In this document: positions 61,101 through 64,000 of the stretch, in pieces
Layout of the letters: each line of letters opens with the position of its first letter
Position numbering within the stretch: the stretch's first letter is position 1
NCBI RefSeq assembly: GCF_964213995.1
Contig: NW_027591173.1
Span: 1 to 64,000, forward strand
DNA from: Mustelus asterias
Lineage: Eukaryota
Length of the DNA stretch: 64,000 nt
Reading direction: 5' to 3'
Position numbers and translations under genes: made by a program
The notes under the pieces: model-generated
Database searches by the model: none
What the model saw: the letters and a program-made list of their open reading frames with translations, nothing else
What the model was told of the DNA's origin: nothing

Positions 61101-64000
61101 CTGGATTAATTGTTGGATTTCACAGTGATATGTTACAGAGCAGTAATCCAGGGGAACTGGAGTAATTGTTGGATTACACAGTGATATGTTACAGAGCAGT
61201 AATCCAGGAGAACTGGATTAATTGTTGGATTACACAGTGATATGTTACAGAGCAGTAATCCAGGAGAACTGGATTAATTGTTGGATTACACAGTGATATG
61301 TTACAGAGCAGTAATCCAGGGGAACTGGATTAATTGTTGGATTACACAGTGATATGTTACAGAGCAGAAATCCAGGGGAACTGGATTAATTGTTGGATTA
61401 CACAGTGATATGTTACAGAGCAGTAATCCAGGGGAACTGGAGTAATTGTTGGATTACACAGTGATATGTTACAGAGCAGTAATCCAGGGGAACTGGATTA
61501 ATTGTTAGATTACACAGTGATATGTTACAGAGCAGTAATCCAGGGGAACTGGATTAATTGTTGGATTACACAGTGATATGTTACAGAGCAGTAATCCAGG
61601 GGAACTGGATTAATTGTTAGATTACACAGTGATATGTTACAGAGCAGTAATCCATGAGAACTGGATTAATTGTTAGATTACACAGTGATATGTTACAGAG
61701 CAGTAATCCAGGGGAACTGGAGTAATTGTTGGATTACACAGTGATATGTTACAGAGCAGAAATCCAGGGGAACTGGATTAATTGTTGGATTACACAGTGA
61801 TATGTTACAGAGCAGTAATCCAGGGGAACTGGATTAATTGTTGGATTACACAGTGATATGTTACAGAGCAGTAATCCAGGAGAACTGGATTAATTGTTAG
61901 ATTACACAGTGATATGTTACAGAGCAGTAATCCAGGGGAACTGGATTAATTGTTAGATTACACAGTGATATGTCACAGAGCAGAAATCCAAGAGAACTGG
62001 ATTAATTGTTGGATTACACAGTGATATGTTACAGAGCAGTAATCCAGGAGAACTGGATTAATTGTTAGATTACACAGTGATATGTTACAGAGCAGTAATC
62101 CAGGGGAACTGGATTAATTGTTGGATTACACAGTGATATGTTACAGAGCAGAAATCCAAGAGAACTGGATTAATTGTTGGATTACACAGTGATATTTTAC
62201 AGAGCAGTAATCCAGGGGAACTGGATTAATTGTTGGATTACACAGTGATATGTTACAGAGCAGAAATCCAGGAGAACTGGATTAATTGTTGGATTACACA
62301 GTGATATGTTACAGAGCAGTAATCCAGGGGAACTGGATTAATTGTTAGATTACACAGTGATATGTTACAGAGCAGTAATCCAGGAGAACTGGATTAATTG
62401 TTAGATTACACAGTGATATGTTACAGAGCAGAAATCCAGGAGAACTGGATTAATTGTTGGATTACACAGTGATATGTTACAGAGCAGAAATCCAGGGGAA
62501 CTGGATTAATTGTTGGATTACACAGTGATATGTTACAGAGCAGTAATCCAGGGGAACTGGATTAATTGTTGGATTACACAGTGATATGTTACAGAGCAGT
62601 AATCCAGGGGAACTGGATTAATTGTTGGATTACACAGTGATATGTTACAGAGCAGTAATCCAGGAGAACTGGATTAATTGTTGGATTACACAGTGATATG
62701 TTACAGAGCAGAAATCCAGGGGAACTGGATTAATTGTTGGATTACACAGTGATATGTTACAGAGCAGTAATCCAGGGGAACTGGATTAATTGTTGGATTA
62801 CACAGTGATATGTAACAGAGCAGTAATCCAGGAGAACTGGATTAATTGTTAGATTACACAGTGATATGTTACAGAGCAGGAATCCAGGAGAACTGGATTA
62901 ATTGTTGGATTACACAGTGATATGTTACAGAGCAGAAATCCAAGAGAACTGGATTAATTGTTGGATTACACAGTGATATGTTACAGAGCAGTAATCCAGG
63001 GGAACTGGATTAATTGTTGGATTACACAGTGATATGTAACAGAGCAGAAATCCAGGGGAACTGGATTAATTGTTAGATTACACAGTGATATGTTACAGAG
63101 CAGTAATCCAGGGGAACTGGATTAATTGTTGGATTACACAGTGATATGTAACAGAGCAGAAATCCAGGAGAACTGGATTAATTGTTAGATTACACAGTGA
63201 TATGTTACAGAGCAGGAATCCAGGAGAACTGGATTAATTGTTGGATTACACAGTGATATGTTACAGAGCAGTAATCCAGGGGAACTGGATTAATTGTTGG
63301 ATTACACAGTGATATGTAACAGAGCAGAAATCCAGGAGAACTGGATTAATTGTTAGATTACACAGTGATATGTTACAGAGCAGGAATCCAGGAGAACTGG
63401 ATTAATTGTTGGATTACACAGTGATATGTAACAGAGCAGAAATCCAGGAGAACTGGATTAATTGTTAGATTACACAGTGACATATTACAGAGCAGTAATC
63501 CAGGGGAACTGGATTAATTGTTGGATTACACAGTGATATGTTACAGAGCAGAAATCCAAGAGAACTGGATTAATTGTTGGATTACACAGTGATATGTTAC
63601 AGAGCAGTAATCCAGGGGAACTGGATTAATTGTTAGATTACACAGTGATATGTTACAGAGCAGTAATCCAAGAGAACTGGATTAATTGTTGGATTACACA
63701 GTGACATATTACAGAGCAGTAATCCAGGGAACTGGATTAATTGTGGGATTACACAGTGATATGTTACAGAGCAGTAATCCAGGGGAACGGGATTAATTGT
63801 TAGATTACACAGTGATATGTTACAGAGCAGTAATCCAGGGAACTGGAGTAATTGTTGGATTACACAGTGATATGTTACAGAGCAGAAATCCAGGGGAACT
63901 GGATTAATTGTTGGATTACACAGTGATATGTTACAGAGCAGGAATCCTGGAGAACTGGATTAATTGTTGGATTACACAGTGATATGTTACAGAGCAGTAA
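55187..64000. repeat. 56-bp satellite array, about 157 units, runs past the window end
   Basis: acagagcag[t/a/g]aatccagg[g/a]gaactgga[t/g]taattgtt[g/a]gattacacagtgatatgt[t/a]. Confidence 0.97.

Noticed and set aside
46838-64000. CRISPR-like arrays (29-bp and 56-bp repeats with hairpin)
   Set aside because: No unique spacers, no cas genes, vertebrate context

Overview
Eukaryotic (vertebrate) genomic DNA, very probably from a shark: it carries HE1-type V-SINEs, CR1/HER1-like LINEs, Deu-domain SINE relics and Penelope-like palindromes. Bases 1-52,000 are a cluster of C2H2 zinc-finger genes with no recognisable KRAB/SCAN/BTB domain. There are six open finger ORFs plus about five pseudogenes or remnants, mostly in head-to-head pairs around CpG-island promoters, and they share a splice-acceptor cassette and 5' leaders made of decayed fingers. 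A complete five-exon EMC4 gene (minus strand, 32219-26231, 180 aa, missed by the ORF track) sits in the middle and has several unusual substitutions. The cluster is packed with nested CR1 LINEs and SINEs, and also holds a decayed Copia-like LTR element, a solo LTR and Penelope-like inverted repeats carrying hammerhead-ribozyme cores. From about 55,190 to the window end is a 56-bp satellite (about 157 units). Each unit has an 8-bp hairpin and up to three TAATCC/GGATTA motifs, and a CTCF-like site lies just before the array. Coordinates were read by eye; repeat boundaries are approximate.
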